DNA of 59,595 bases from a virus (IMGVR_UViG_3300027791_003052:1-59595), one strand, 5' to 3'. Shown: positions 46,001-55,941, numbered from the stretch's first letter. The notes: generated by a model not told the origin, from the sequence alone. Translations and numbers: made by a program.

Positions 46001-48394
46001 AGTACTACTTTCTTCAAAATAATTACCAGTACCATTTTCTACTAAAGTAAGAGATGATGTTACAAAGTTAATATTTAAATTATCTAAAGAATATTCTGAT
46101 GAAGAAATAAATTGATTTACAACTTCATTTGAAGTAGTTGATCCACTTGCAATTAAATCATCTAAAATTTGATAACCAATTACATCGTTTGTTTCTAATG
46201 CGAAATTAGGAGTAAGTGGTGTACAATGTGTAGATATATCATCAACAATAGTTATTTGATCTATTATAGGGATTGCCTGTAATTTTGATAACCAAATAGT
46301 ATCGTTAGTATTTACATTTTTAGGAAGTGGTTCATATAGTTTTAATACTAATGTTTTTTCTTCGTTTATTTTTACTTGTTGATTGGTTTGGTTGTTATAC
46401 TGATACGTTGATAATGTTTCCGTATCAATACCCCATGTAGCTACTAATTTATTATTACCATCCCCTAAATGTAAATAATGAGTTAAGAATGGAGAAATGG
46501 AATCTGTAAAAACATCTGTATTAAATCCTTTAGCAAATGCATTTCTTAAATCAGAAATTACATCCGCTCTTCTTAGATTTAAATCACCTACATCAAATGA
46601 AATACTTATACGTTCTTCCTTACCATCTGTTTTTGAATCTCCCTCGGTATTGGTAGGAATTAATAATAAATTAAACTGCAATATACCATTAACTTCTAAT
46701 GGACGTATTTTTGCAAGATTTAATTTATTTAAAATATCACCAACATTAAAAGATGCAACTCCAATTGCAGGAAATTGTCCTAATGATGAAACAGAAGTTT
46801 TCTTTCCAGCATATATGTTAATAAAGTTGGTATTAATAGATTGCCATGAAATTTCAAATGGAACGTTTGTTCCTTTAAAATCAGCTCCTACAATGTTTTG
46901 TGGATAATTTATAGTAGTAATATCAGGACCAGGTAAATAGGCTTTACTTTCAACTGTTACTGTTATTTTTTCTAAGGTACTACTACCACCCCTATCAGAT
47001 ATTGCCTGTAAATGAACGGTGTAGTTACCTACTCCATTATAGAAATCCGATGTTTTTAATATTAAACTACCATTTGTATCAATTTGTCTTTGTGTATTAC
47101 CAAGAGTGTAAATTACCTTATCGGCATTAACACTTCTATATGGTATTTTTATAGAATTTGAATCTGATATGTTAAGTTTAACACGAGTAATGTCTGCCTT
47201 TATACTTGGTGCATCTGGGGCTTCTTCAACTGCAACCTTAATGGCATTAACTACTATATTGTATTGTCCTCCAGATAGTGGTAAAGTAAATTCCTTTGTT
47301 TTAGTAGTTTTATTACTTCGATTATCTGGTGTATTATGTGTAAATGTAGTGGTGTGGGTAAAATCACTAATACCTACACTTATAAATTTTATAAAAGAGT
47401 TTCCTTTATTATTATTTGGTGTATATTTTAAGTTAATATCACTTTCATCAATAACAAATCCACTCTCACCCCATGAAGTTTGATATTGTATGATATCATT
47501 AGCAGATACATAACCTTCTATATTAACTTTTATTTCAGTTCCACTAACGGGTTCATCATCATCAATAATAACATCATTTAAATCAAACGCTAAAGTAAGT
47601 TGTTGGGTTTTAGTTATAGTATCTGTTATTTTATTTATTTGATCTAATACGGGGATTGATACTCCGTTTTTCTCTAATCTAAATTCATAATAATCATACT
47701 CAACAAAACCAACAATGGGTTGTTGTCTTTTTACATTAGGCTCAACTCCCCTTGAATACCCCAAGTAGTATGAGTCAACACCCTGTCCTGTATTAAACGA
47801 ATCGTTGGAATTAAAGTTAATTCCCATTGAATCTTCACCAAAACCTCGGTAAGTATCACTATCATTTCTGATAGGAATTCTATTGTCTGGTTCTATAAAA
47901 TCATCATCAAATTGTTCAATTAATGGTTTTATTGTTTTAGTGAATTTCTTCTTAGTGGAATATAATTTATATTCATCATTAGAAGTAAATCCACTTTTTA
48001 TTATCTTAAAATATTTAGGTGTTAATAATTCCTTTCCAGTATAATTGAATATCTTAGCAGGAGTTTTTAAAGTATCCTTACCATTTATAAGAATACTACC
48101 ACCTTTGTTTGATGTAATATTAACTGATAAATTTCTACTTTCCGATAATATCTTTGTTTCTTTTTTTATATATGTACAACTTCCATTACTAACAGTTGCA
48201 TTTGGATTATAGTTTGTAGCTGATCTATCCATACAACCACTAATAACTGACACAGTCGTTTTTGTAGAACCACCAGTTCCGCCTCCCCCTCCTCCGCCAG
48301 TATTTCTGACAAGTTCATATGAGTCACCATAGTTTCCATCTTCACCACTACCGCCACCTTCTATTTGGTCATAAAAATTTGCTCTAACTGCCAT
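43091..48394 (-). CDS. Large baseplate wedge protein (gp7/tail protein I-like) with LamG domain
   Basis: DMIGQHFDILW, LPYLHKHKGTRRAL..YGIP, LVPARA; LamG GSIDEFRLWSAPLS; N-terminal GCMD..GSCTY repeat. Confidence 0.7.
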   Translation of the reverse strand: MAVRANFYDQIEGGGSGEDGNYGDSYELVRNTGGGGGGGTGGSTKTTVSVISGCMDRSATNYNPNATVSNGSCTYIKKETKILSESRNLSVNITSNKGGSILINGKDTLKTPAKIFNYTGKELLTPKYFKIIKSGFTSNDEYKLYSTKKKFTKTIKPLIEQFDDDFIEPDNRIPIRNDSDTYRGFGEDSMGINFNSNDSFNTGQGVDSYYLGYSRGVEPNVKRQQPIVGFVEYDYYEFRLEKNGVSIPVLDQINKITDTITKTQQLTLAFDLNDVIIDDDEPVSGTEIKVNIEGYVSANDIIQYQTSWGESGFVIDESDINLKYTPNNNKGNSFIKFISVGISDFTHTTTFTHNTPDNRSNKTTKTKEFTLPLSGGQYNIVVNAIKVAVEEAPDAPSIKADITRVKLNISDSNSIKIPYRSVNADKVIYTLGNTQRQIDTNGSLILKTSDFYNGVGNYTVHLQAISDRGGSSTLEKITVTVESKAYLPGPDITTINYPQNIVGADFKGTNVPFEISWQSINTNFINIYAGKKTSVSSLGQFPAIGVASFNVGDILNKLNLAKIRPLEVNGILQFNLLLIPTNTEGDSKTDGKEERISISFDVGDLNLRRADVISDLRNAFAKGFNTDVFTDSISPFLTHYLHLGDGNNKLVATWGIDTETLSTYQYNNQTNQQVKINEEKTLVLKLYEPLPKNVNTNDTIWLSKLQAIPIIDQITIVDDISTHCTPLTPNFALETNDVIGYQILDDLIASGSTTSNEVVNQFISSSEYSLDNLNINFVTSSLTLVENGTGNYFEESSTSEIDWGSFVKYSSAEERVENFYYKVKLIQSYENRYNGLVSGSSIDLGSGVSSTITGSATSSVAIKNEAKRTLDKINDSKKGFDAFEKFLYTSSSVSGLTYPGAGGSALSESNDSSVTSWYNSIKTTSRIHDGDNSSRLVNNLPAHIQNDEEGQSFTLFFDMIGQHFDILWAHINGIKQTKKLEHKFENGINDKLIYHMLESLGWDADMGVQSQFLWEYAFGKNSDGSIASEMSGKDRQNEVWRRLLNNLPYLHKHKGTRRALSAALSCYGIPQSLLTIMEFGGPQPGNRTTQFTYEDRTSAINISGSDSIIVPWKSHNEKYPDSVEFRLNTDQKKDQRLISTAGWSLDVDYPESGSLAKLTLNILSGSTYISSSTEQVAFFNDEYTQIAINRITGSGEDTIDVYLKEGLQGRIRNSTSSTMKVPSSNNGWETGHELTIGGSTLTGSIDEFRLWSAPLSESVISNHTLLPEAINGNHIKSSTEDLIFRLDFEYPKDRSSVGDTSIKNVSIDTTYSSFATASNFTSITQYPHQYVSYDRDVTAEVPSSGFSSGNKVRFETQTKILDLSYKSRATKKSFDQAPLDSDKLGLFFSPIKEINMDIMKSLGGFEIDDYIGDPSDDYNTEYSELNKLRKYYFERYQLNLSEYIQLVRYIDKSLFDVLESLVPARAKVASGILIEPHILERSKVDRKPTGASLHNHTSTIDVNDINVKSTNEGISGTLITSDITVLSGGKNNFEGTVSESIAPSLGGTKDSYTSTIVASSDISQYGFITVNSGSDMGGISITVNAQFETSQSGEFDSTVFNQIGMDVDSLTVAGFPIYAQNGHTIITRLDKDNNFVKERKRVDVITESYNVDIPQNIDPNDESKGREFVTQTLYRKKLNFREFSQSGSLVVGNTISAVPLDGYVPYHYRNVADLTTGLENSFFNGSKQTSLTTLDGGSPVQTFTTNPNTLRVNPGGRGSGQPILEVD

Positions 48395-48397
48395 GTA

Positions 48398-48406
48398 TAT
48401 AAATAT
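48398..48406 (-). promoter_or_regulatory. ATATTTATA motif only 3 nt before the ATG
   Basis: ATATTTATA-TAC-ATG; suggests a leaderless transcript. Confidence 0.5.
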
Positions 48407-48421
48407 CCTTATTTAATATTA

Positions 48422-50398
48422 CTATCTCTCTCGTGGAGGTCTATTTTTTCGTATCACTATATCTCCTCCACCAAGGTAACTTCCACCTTGACCGGTAAAT
48501 GATGTATTGTCTTCTATCATATCATCCATTTGACCTGATGTTTGTCCTCCTCCGGTTGTTGATCCAACTGATACAATCGGTATTGATACCGGTGGTGGTG
48601 GTGTTGGTTTACCAACAACCGGTGGTTTCGGTTTTGGTGGTGGTGGTATTGGTTTAATAACAACAACCGGTGGTATCGGCCTTTTTGGTATTGTAACACA
48701 AGGTCCTAACTCAATACATACAATACCAGGTCCTTTTGATATCGAACCTCTTTGTGCACAAATTGTTGTTGTATCACCTGGAAGTAAATTACTTGATGTT
48801 TTAGTATTACCAACTGCATCTTTATAAGTTACCGATAAGGGAAAGCTTTCCCTTGTTGTATCATACCATGGGTTGGGTACAGTTTTACCTGCTCCATAAT
48901 TATTATTATAGCTATCTGTTCCTAATTGATTTTGTCCATAATAATTTGCAATATCGTTATACTCAGGATATGGTTTTGTAAGTAATGGAAGGTTGTTACT
49001 ATTTTTAACAATATACATACGAGTAGATGCTATTTTATCAGGCTTGGGTACTTCCCTAACATCATTTGTCCATTTAATCGAACCAACATCATGTTTGATA
49101 TTAAACGAATCATACATCTTTCCGTTAACAGGTGTTTGGATTTGTCCGTTTAATTTCCATTTAATATTTGCAGTTGAAGACCAAATATAATACTTTTTAG
49201 ATACACTTTCAATTACACCCTCATATTTACAACTTCCATTATCAGAAGTAGCGTTTGGATTGAAATTAAGTGCACTTGAATCAGTACATCCTTCGATTTC
49301 TTCTTCCTCAACAATCACTTCCTTATATGTACAACTACCGTCGTTATCTTGAGCCAATGAATTATAATTTTCAGCTTTTGGATCTGTACAACCTCGTACT
49401 CGTGCATTTACCTTATCTGGAACAGTAGAAGTGTATATTGAATTAGATGTGGTTGATTTTAAAATTTGACTAACCTTATCAAGTGTAATTTGCTCTTCTT
49501 TAGATAATATATTATCTTTCTGTATATCTCGTTTTGGTAAATAGAAATCAATACAATTAATCAAAGATGATTGTGCATCTTGTAATAGTTGTGCTATTGA
49601 TAAATCAATACAATCTGTTTTATCTCCATTTGGGTTACCATAATTTATATCATTAATACTCCAATTTTTATTTGATGCGTAATAGTTCATAGATTCAATA
49701 AACTTTGTTTTGATTCTATGTAATAAAACTTCAAAGCTTTCTATATTGAATTCTTTTTTAATTAAATTAATATAATCAACTCCATCTTTTTCCTTACCTT
49801 TGGAAAATAAAAAGTTTTGAAGAATTTCTTCCAATTTCAATCCCTCTATAAAAACATTTACATAATAAATCACATCATCTCTAAACGTTTCGTTTTCAAG
49901 AAATACATCCAATCGTTTTTCTAAATCTTTATTTTTCTTTTTAGCTCTATTTGGTAAAACTCTAATTTCTGTTCTTGATGGTGAAATTTCATGTATCCAT
50001 AAATTATCACCTTCAATTGAATCAACACCCACTCTTCTGTTTAAAAGAGTTACTTGTGTTTTAAATATTCCGTTTGAATACCCAGCTTCTCTAATTAATT
50101 TTTCAATATCTACTATAAATTCGGTTGTTCCGTTTTTCTTTTTTGTTTGGGAATTATCTGATATTATAAAATATTCAGATATATTAACATCATCAATATA
50201 AATGTATCGTACCAATTTACCATCATCCCCTTGTGGTAGTTGGTTTTCACTTGAATCAAATAAAATAAATTCGATCATATCAGAACAACCCAACCCAAAG
50301 TTAGATTTAGATATTTCTTTTTCAAATACCTTTCTATCCTCAGAGTCAACCTTGTACCCTTTTCTATCGATTATGTCTTTAAATCCTTTTATAGCCAT
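48422..50398 (-). CDS. Virion structural protein with two GCTD..GSC repeats and Pro-rich tail
   Basis: HEISPSRTEIR; GCTDPKAENYN..DNDGSCTY, GCTDSSALNFN..DNGSCKY; PPPPKPKPP. Confidence 0.65.
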   Translation of the reverse strand: MAIKGFKDIIDRKGYKVDSEDRKVFEKEISKSNFGLGCSDMIEFILFDSSENQLPQGDDGKLVRYIYIDDVNISEYFIISDNSQTKKKNGTTEFIVDIEKLIREAGYSNGIFKTQVTLLNRRVGVDSIEGDNLWIHEISPSRTEIRVLPNRAKKKNKDLEKRLDVFLENETFRDDVIYYVNVFIEGLKLEEILQNFLFSKGKEKDGVDYINLIKKEFNIESFEVLLHRIKTKFIESMNYYASNKNWSINDINYGNPNGDKTDCIDLSIAQLLQDAQSSLINCIDFYLPKRDIQKDNILSKEEQITLDKVSQILKSTTSNSIYTSTVPDKVNARVRGCTDPKAENYNSLAQDNDGSCTYKEVIVEEEEIEGCTDSSALNFNPNATSDNGSCKYEGVIESVSKKYYIWSSTANIKWKLNGQIQTPVNGKMYDSFNIKHDVGSIKWTNDVREVPKPDKIASTRMYIVKNSNNLPLLTKPYPEYNDIANYYGQNQLGTDSYNNNYGAGKTVPNPWYDTTRESFPLSVTYKDAVGNTKTSSNLLPGDTTTICAQRGSISKGPGIVCIELGPCVTIPKRPIPPVVVIKPIPPPPKPKPPVVGKPTPPPPVSIPIVSVGSTTGGGQTSGQMDDMIEDNTSFTGQGGSYLGGGDIVIRKNRPPRER

Positions 50399-50401
50399 TT
50401 C

Positions 50402-51742
50402 TTATCCTTTATTTTTTCTAATCTTCCAAGTAAGTCCTTCTTGTTTTAAGTTACCAGTACCATCTTCAAACTCAACTTCTATTTTAAATTTACCGGTATA
50501 ATCTCTGGCTTTGTTTCCCCAACGCTTTGGTTTTGGATTGTTCTTACCTCCGATTGATTTTCTAAAGAAAAATGGTATTTCTTGAGTTGCACCCTGTTCA
50601 ATGTTAGCATTAGCGGATGGTTTCAATGATGAATCAGAACCAAATCCCATTATAGGACCTATTCCACCAGCATCGGTAACTGTTAGTTTAACTTTAGTTA
50701 TTTTTTTACCATCATCTCTAAGATTTTGTATTTTTATAAAACCACCCTTTCCACTTTGTGGATTTTTCCTAGAAGTTGTCCATGAAGCATCAAACCCAGT
50801 CCAATCAGCTGGTTTATCTTTTATAACTCCCCAATATGCTTCATTACCTGTAAATGGTGTTAAACCACTTGCTGCAGCTGCTGTTTCTGCGGCAACTCCC
50901 GATACTTGACTTGTAAGTTGGTTAGTAATTGCTTTCTGAACTTCTAAAAGTTGTTGTAATGTTTTCTTTTGTGCCTGTAATCCTCGGACTTGTGCATTTA
51001 GAGAAACCCTCTCTACTCCCTCCTTACTACCTGCTATAACTGCGTTTTGAAAATCAGATAATAATGTAGTAAATCTGTTATTCGCAACTTGTGTTTCATT
51101 TTGAGCAGAAGCTTCTTGTAATTTTGCCAAATCCAATTGAACTTCCAATTCTGCAATTCTACTTTTTAAACTTTCTATTTCAGAAAGAGCAGTATTCCAT
51201 TTCTGTCTAAAATCTTCTGAAACTTTTACCAATGCTTCGTACTTAGCTAAAAGATCATTATATATTTTTTGTTTAACAAAAGGTCCTTTTTCAGGCTTCT
51301 TCTTTTTTATTAACTCATCGACTTTTACATCTAAGGATTTTTTTAGTTCTTCTTCATTATATTTTGGCTTTTCTATATAACCAGAAGTTTCTCCACTAAA
51401 CTTAGTTTGATTATCATCGTATTCTAACGTTTCTCCATCATCAACCCAATCTGATTTATATCTTGGGGAAATTTGCTTTCCCTTGATTGGTCTATCATTC
51501 CACTTTATTGGTGGTGGGACATCTCTAAACGGTCTAACTTGTTTGTTATTTTTTTTACGTACAAGAATACCACCTGTTTTTTTATCCCTTTGTATTCCTT
51601 TAGAACCTTTCTTAGCAAGTTGCTCTGTTCTAATCTCATCTCGGCGCGGAGGCAATCCACCCTTCATTAAGTCTTGCTTAGGTTTATCAGGAGACTTTTT
51701 GAAAAGTTCTCCTACTTTAAAATCTTCAGGTTTAGCTGCCAT
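50402..51742 (-). CDS. Coiled-coil structural protein with C-terminal beta domain
   Basis: 446 aa; central heptad region; baseplate operon context. Confidence 0.6.
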   Translation of the reverse strand: MAAKPEDFKVGELFKKSPDKPKQDLMKGGLPPRRDEIRTEQLAKKGSKGIQRDKKTGGILVRKKNNKQVRPFRDVPPPIKWNDRPIKGKQISPRYKSDWVDDGETLEYDDNQTKFSGETSGYIEKPKYNEEELKKSLDVKVDELIKKKKPEKGPFVKQKIYNDLLAKYEALVKVSEDFRQKWNTALSEIESLKSRIAELEVQLDLAKLQEASAQNETQVANNRFTTLLSDFQNAVIAGSKEGVERVSLNAQVRGLQAQKKTLQQLLEVQKAITNQLTSQVSGVAAETAAAASGLTPFTGNEAYWGVIKDKPADWTGFDASWTTSRKNPQSGKGGFIKIQNLRDDGKKITKVKLTVTDAGGIGPIMGFGSDSSLKPSANANIEQGATQEIPFFFRKSIGGKNNPKPKRWGNKARDYTGKFKIEVEFEDGTGNLKQEGLTWKIRKNKG

Positions 51743-51743
51743 G

Positions 51744-52805
51744 TTATAATTCTACGGTGAATGTTAAATCCTTGTCTTCAAAGTATTCAACTACACCATT
51801 TCTATTTATTTTTGTTTCAATATAGTAATCTCTATTGATTTCCCAATTTGTTAAATTTAATTTAAAGAAGTGTCCGTTTGCATCACAACTAATTTTAGTA
51901 TAGTCATCATCGAATGGAATTACCACTTCACCAGTTACTACATCTTTAATTTGATAGTATGTAGTTGTAGGTAAATATTTAACATCTCTATAAGAATATG
52001 TGTTGGTGTAAGTTTTAAGAGGATATTTTTCTCTTGCGAAAACTCTAATTGTAGGTTTACTTCCCCTCTTATACGAAGTTTTTAATCTTTTAAACGTTAC
52101 ATGAATATCATCCGATGCAAGTTCTGTAAGAGAACCTGTTGTATAAGTTGAATCATCCCAACCAATTCTTATTTTAGGTTGGTAAATTGTATTTGTTTCT
52201 TTTGAAAAGAACTTCAATTGTCCATAATCAGTAGTATCATTCTCTTTCTCAGAATCATGTTTCAATATTAATCCATTATTTGGAATTGAACCAGATACCC
52301 AATCTTGAACTGTATTTAATACATTCATTGATATATCAGATGATGAATAAGAAAATGTCTGTGATGCCGATGAACCAGTTAACCACATTCCTCCTTTACC
52401 ATTGTGTGAACCTGAACTTTCTAATGAAGCCGAACCGATTAACCAATTTGATAAAGTTGTTCTTTTATTCCAACTACATCCCTCAATTGATATCACATCA
52501 AATCGAGTTCCAATTCCAACATCCCATGATTGGGAAACAGGATGAGCATGAAGTGTATAATCTGTTGGGGATTCAATTGATTCACATTCTCTAATAATAA
52601 GTTCAGCAGAATGTACAGAAATATCTCCACTTGCATTTGAAGCAGATATTTCATTTGTATTAAATTGAATTAAAGAACGAGAAATATCCTTTAAGTTACC
52701 ATAATACGTTTTAGTTATTTCCAATACCTCATCCCTACCTGTATTTTGGGTAGGTTGTTGTAAATAAATTGTTGAATCTTTTGATGCTGTTACGAAATAA
52801 TACAT
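51744..52805 (-). CDS. Baseplate-associated protein with DNRLRE-like jelly-roll domain
   Basis: KDSTIY..QNTGRDEVLEI..RSLIQF..PVSQSW..NNGLILK..FFSKE..PKIRI. Confidence 0.6.
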   Translation of the reverse strand: MYYFVTASKDSTIYLQQPTQNTGRDEVLEITKTYYGNLKDISRSLIQFNTNEISASNASGDISVHSAELIIRECESIESPTDYTLHAHPVSQSWDVGIGTRFDVISIEGCSWNKRTTLSNWLIGSASLESSGSHNGKGGMWLTGSSASQTFSYSSSDISMNVLNTVQDWVSGSIPNNGLILKHDSEKENDTTDYGQLKFFSKETNTIYQPKIRIGWDDSTYTTGSLTELASDDIHVTFKRLKTSYKRGSKPTIRVFAREKYPLKTYTNTYSYRDVKYLPTTTYYQIKDVVTGEVVIPFDDDYTKISCDANGHFFKLNLTNWEINRDYYIETKINRNGVVEYFEDKDLTFTVEL

Positions 52806-54820
52806 TATATAACCCTCCCTTTTAAATCTTTGTTTGGATACTTCACTTCAAATATAGATGGATCTAAAGATGGATAAACCATTTTACCTTTAGTTGCATC
52901 TGATATATTATATGAGTGTTCTGAGTAGTTTCCTAAACACTTGTTAATAATTTCACATTTTGGTACAGACTGAACTCCCTCGATACCTGCGATTAATAAT
53001 TCTATTTCCGATATATTGATTGCCATGTTAAACGTCCAATTATCTATATTAAAGTATTTTGCTAATTCTTGTTGAACTTTAACCAACACCTCTCTTTTGT
53101 TATATCCACCATAAACTCGGATTTCAAAATCACATCCAATGTTTATAACAAATCCATCTATTAAATTAACACCATCCGTTAACATTCTGTATTCGCTAAT
53201 ATATGTTTTTAAGTTTTCTTTAACTGCTTGATTTAAAGTAGATAACGTTTTTTCTGAATTGTATCCAAGTATGTATAAATTAATTGCAAATGGATTATTC
53301 TTTTCAGATGTATTTGATTTCTTACCACCTAAAAATCGTGTTACTTCATCTTTTATTTCTTGTTCTGTTCGTTTAGTATCACCTAATTTTTGAACTAATC
53401 CTGTAAACTCATTAAGTGAAGTTTGATTGGCTAATATAGAAGCTGGAGAATTATTATCCAACTCACCATCTGGTGCACAATAAGCTTTAGCGATACCACC
53501 ATATTTTGCTGGTAATGATAATGCTCTTACTTGATAATCTTTACGAGTTACTGCTCTATTTTGTGAACCAAAGTTTGCTAATGCATTTTCTCTAATTTCT
53601 TCAATCGTATCTGCACCCTTACCACCAGTTCCTGTTTCTTCATTATCAACAGCAACAGAATTTTTGGATACTCTATAAAGAGCCTTTTCTGCTTCTTGGA
53701 AAGATGAAATATCATCATCAAATGAAATTGTTTCAAGATTATTTAATTCACCTACACCTACATTTGATTTTACTCCACCACCAACTAAATAAGATATAGT
53801 AAATTCTCCTGTTGGAGCTTGACCATATGATTTTGTTTTTAGAAAGTTTGAAGGATCAAATGATGCACCCATTTTATCAATAGAAGAGTTTAATCCCAAT
53901 CCTACATTTTTAAAGCTAGGTATTAGAGTTTCATCTCCTTTTGAAGAATTACCTGCACCGAATACAAGTGATGTTGTATTATCATCATTTATTTTAGTTG
54001 TAAATCTCCTTGATGTTTTTAAAACTTTAAGAACATTTGGTACAGATTCTTTGAATTGAGCCAAATCTTTATCTGTTTGTTCTGAGTTTGCATAATCAAC
54101 GTAAACCATTTCTTGTGCTAAGTAAGGAACTTGATACCACTTATTTCCATTAGAATCTCTAACATCATAAATATCAATTACATTATTATCTCCTAATTGT
54201 ATTTTAGAAAATTGTTCAGGAGAATTACCAAAAGTATAATTAATTGTTTTTAGTTCAGCAGACATTGCATTTACATATTTTTTTAATAAATATGTTGTTG
54301 GTGTTCCTTCGTTACTTTCGTAAATTGAAATTTCTCTGTCATCTTCTACCGAAAAATCAAGTAGTTCTGTACTTCTAAATCGTGTTCCTGAATTTGATGA
54401 TACTACTACCATTCCTTCTTTGATTCTCAAACAATAATCCAAATCTGCTCTTACTTCATCTCCAGTTCCAATTGATGGTACGGTTTGATATACTGCCAAT
54501 CTTACAATTGATGGTGAAGTTACTTTTGGCTTATATCCAAGATATTCTGCCAATGCAACTACATTCTGTTTATCTTCAGAATATAACATTAATGATTCTT
54601 TTAATGTATCATCTGTGTAATATGAAAGAACATCACCAAGATAAGATGCCATTTCAATGAACATCATTCCAGGAGAGGCTTCGTTGAAATCAGAATAAGT
54701 TTGAGGGAAATATGTTTTTGCGTACTGGATTAGATTTTCTCTAAATCCAGAGAAATCTTTATTAAGGTACTTTATGTCCCTACCTTGATTCGATTTTTTT
54801 GTTGAACTATTTAATGCCAT
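52805..54820 (-). CDS. Baseplate wedge subunit (T4 gp6/baseplate J-like)
   Basis: KDFSGFRENL..FIEMASYLGDVLSYYTD, LVFG, GGKGADTIEEIR, QNRAVTRKDY, IEGV. Confidence 0.85.
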   Translation of the reverse strand: MALNSSTKKSNQGRDIKYLNKDFSGFRENLIQYAKTYFPQTYSDFNEASPGMMFIEMASYLGDVLSYYTDDTLKESLMLYSEDKQNVVALAEYLGYKPKVTSPSIVRLAVYQTVPSIGTGDEVRADLDYCLRIKEGMVVVSSNSGTRFRSTELLDFSVEDDREISIYESNEGTPTTYLLKKYVNAMSAELKTINYTFGNSPEQFSKIQLGDNNVIDIYDVRDSNGNKWYQVPYLAQEMVYVDYANSEQTDKDLAQFKESVPNVLKVLKTSRRFTTKINDDNTTSLVFGAGNSSKGDETLIPSFKNVGLGLNSSIDKMGASFDPSNFLKTKSYGQAPTGEFTISYLVGGGVKSNVGVGELNNLETISFDDDISSFQEAEKALYRVSKNSVAVDNEETGTGGKGADTIEEIRENALANFGSQNRAVTRKDYQVRALSLPAKYGGIAKAYCAPDGELDNNSPASILANQTSLNEFTGLVQKLGDTKRTEQEIKDEVTRFLGGKKSNTSEKNNPFAINLYILGYNSEKTLSTLNQAVKENLKTYISEYRMLTDGVNLIDGFVINIGCDFEIRVYGGYNKREVLVKVQQELAKYFNIDNWTFNMAINISEIELLIAGIEGVQSVPKCEIINKCLGNYSEHSYNISDATKGKMVYPSLDPSIFEVKYPNKDLKGRVI

Positions 54821-54824
54821 TTTT

Positions 54825-55256
54825 TTATCCTCTTACCGTAAATGTTAATTCTTGTGATTCAAATTGACCACCTACTGAAAACTTTAAATGAATTCCAGCA
54901 GTATTTTTATCTTTCATTTCATCCGTCATATCTACTACAATTTCATCAATATCAATATATGGTAACCAGAAGTTAACACTATCCGTTATTAGTGATTCAA
55001 GTTGTATTTCTAAATCATCTGTTATTTGTTCAAATAATAGCTCTTGTAATCCTGTACCAAAATCTGGTTGTAGAATTCGTTCACCCTTATTAGTTAATAG
55101 TAAATTTTTTAAATTACTTTTTGCTTGTTCAAATGAAGAAAATGCCTGGTCAAAGTAACCACCATTTCCTCTTTGTACTGGCAAAGTAATTCCATACGCG
55201 GAGTTAGAAAACTCTTCGGTATCTTTTACTATTTTCTTATCAAGAATGTAAGCCAT
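54825..55256 (-). CDS. gp25/GPW-like baseplate (sheath initiator) protein
   Basis: NLKNLLLTNKGERILQPDFGTGLQELLFE, WLPYI. Confidence 0.9.
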   Translation of the reverse strand: MAYILDKKIVKDTEEFSNSAYGITLPVQRGNGGYFDQAFSSFEQAKSNLKNLLLTNKGERILQPDFGTGLQELLFEQITDDLEIQLESLITDSVNFWLPYIDIDEIVVDMTDEMKDKNTAGIHLKFSVGGQFESQELTFTVRG

Positions 55257-55272
55257 TTATTTATTCCTTATT

Positions 55273-55920
55273 TTATCTCTTAAACTTTTTAACAAGTTCA
55301 GAGTTATCTCTATTTAATATTCTATCTAAACCAGGTAATCCAGTCTGAACTCCTAATCCAGTTTTACTTGGAGTAGATGCCATTTGTTGATATCCCATTT
55401 TGTGGGCCATTTGAGCTCTTAATGCATCTGTTCCACCTGCTCCTAAAGATGTTCCCATACTAACTGTTTGGTCAATATCCGGTTCTGCATCCATATAAGA
55501 AGGTATGTGAGTATTTTCTTGAACTATTGGTTGTTGTGTTTGTTGTGGTAAACTATCTAATACAGATGCCCCACCACCTTGGCCACTTCTCTGTGCTTTA
55601 GAAAAGGGAGTTGTTTGATTTAATACTTGATTTAATACTGCGTTCTTTGAGAATGTTCTCTGTGGTGCTTGTGTGTTTTCTTGTATTGGTACAATAGTTG
55701 CTGATTGTTCTTCTCTAAGAATTTCATTAGCCATATCAAATGGATCCTGTGTTTTTTTCTTTAGTACCTTTTTTGATGTCTTTGTAACTTCCAATAATCT
55801 TTTACTAACTTCCGCTTCTAAGATTTTAGGAAATGTTTTAGACAAAAATAGCTCTTGCTTTTTAGCAACCTCTACTTCAACGAGTGCCTTTATTACTTTA
55901 ATTAATTGTTTGTTATTCAT
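55273..55920 (-). CDS. Hypothetical protein, possibly prohead/core-associated
   Basis: 215 aa; helical N-terminus, several LxE/IxE/VxE motifs; follows the ATATTTATA motif. Confidence 0.65.
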   Translation of the reverse strand: MNNKQLIKVIKALVEVEVAKKQELFLSKTFPKILEAEVSKRLLEVTKTSKKVLKKKTQDPFDMANEILREEQSATIVPIQENTQAPQRTFSKNAVLNQVLNQTTPFSKAQRSGQGGGASVLDSLPQQTQQPIVQENTHIPSYMDAEPDIDQTVSMGTSLGAGGTDALRAQMAHKMGYQQMASTPSKTGLGVQTGLPGLDRILNRDNSELVKKFKR

Positions 55921-55941
55921 TTCTAATTCTTGTTATCTTAC

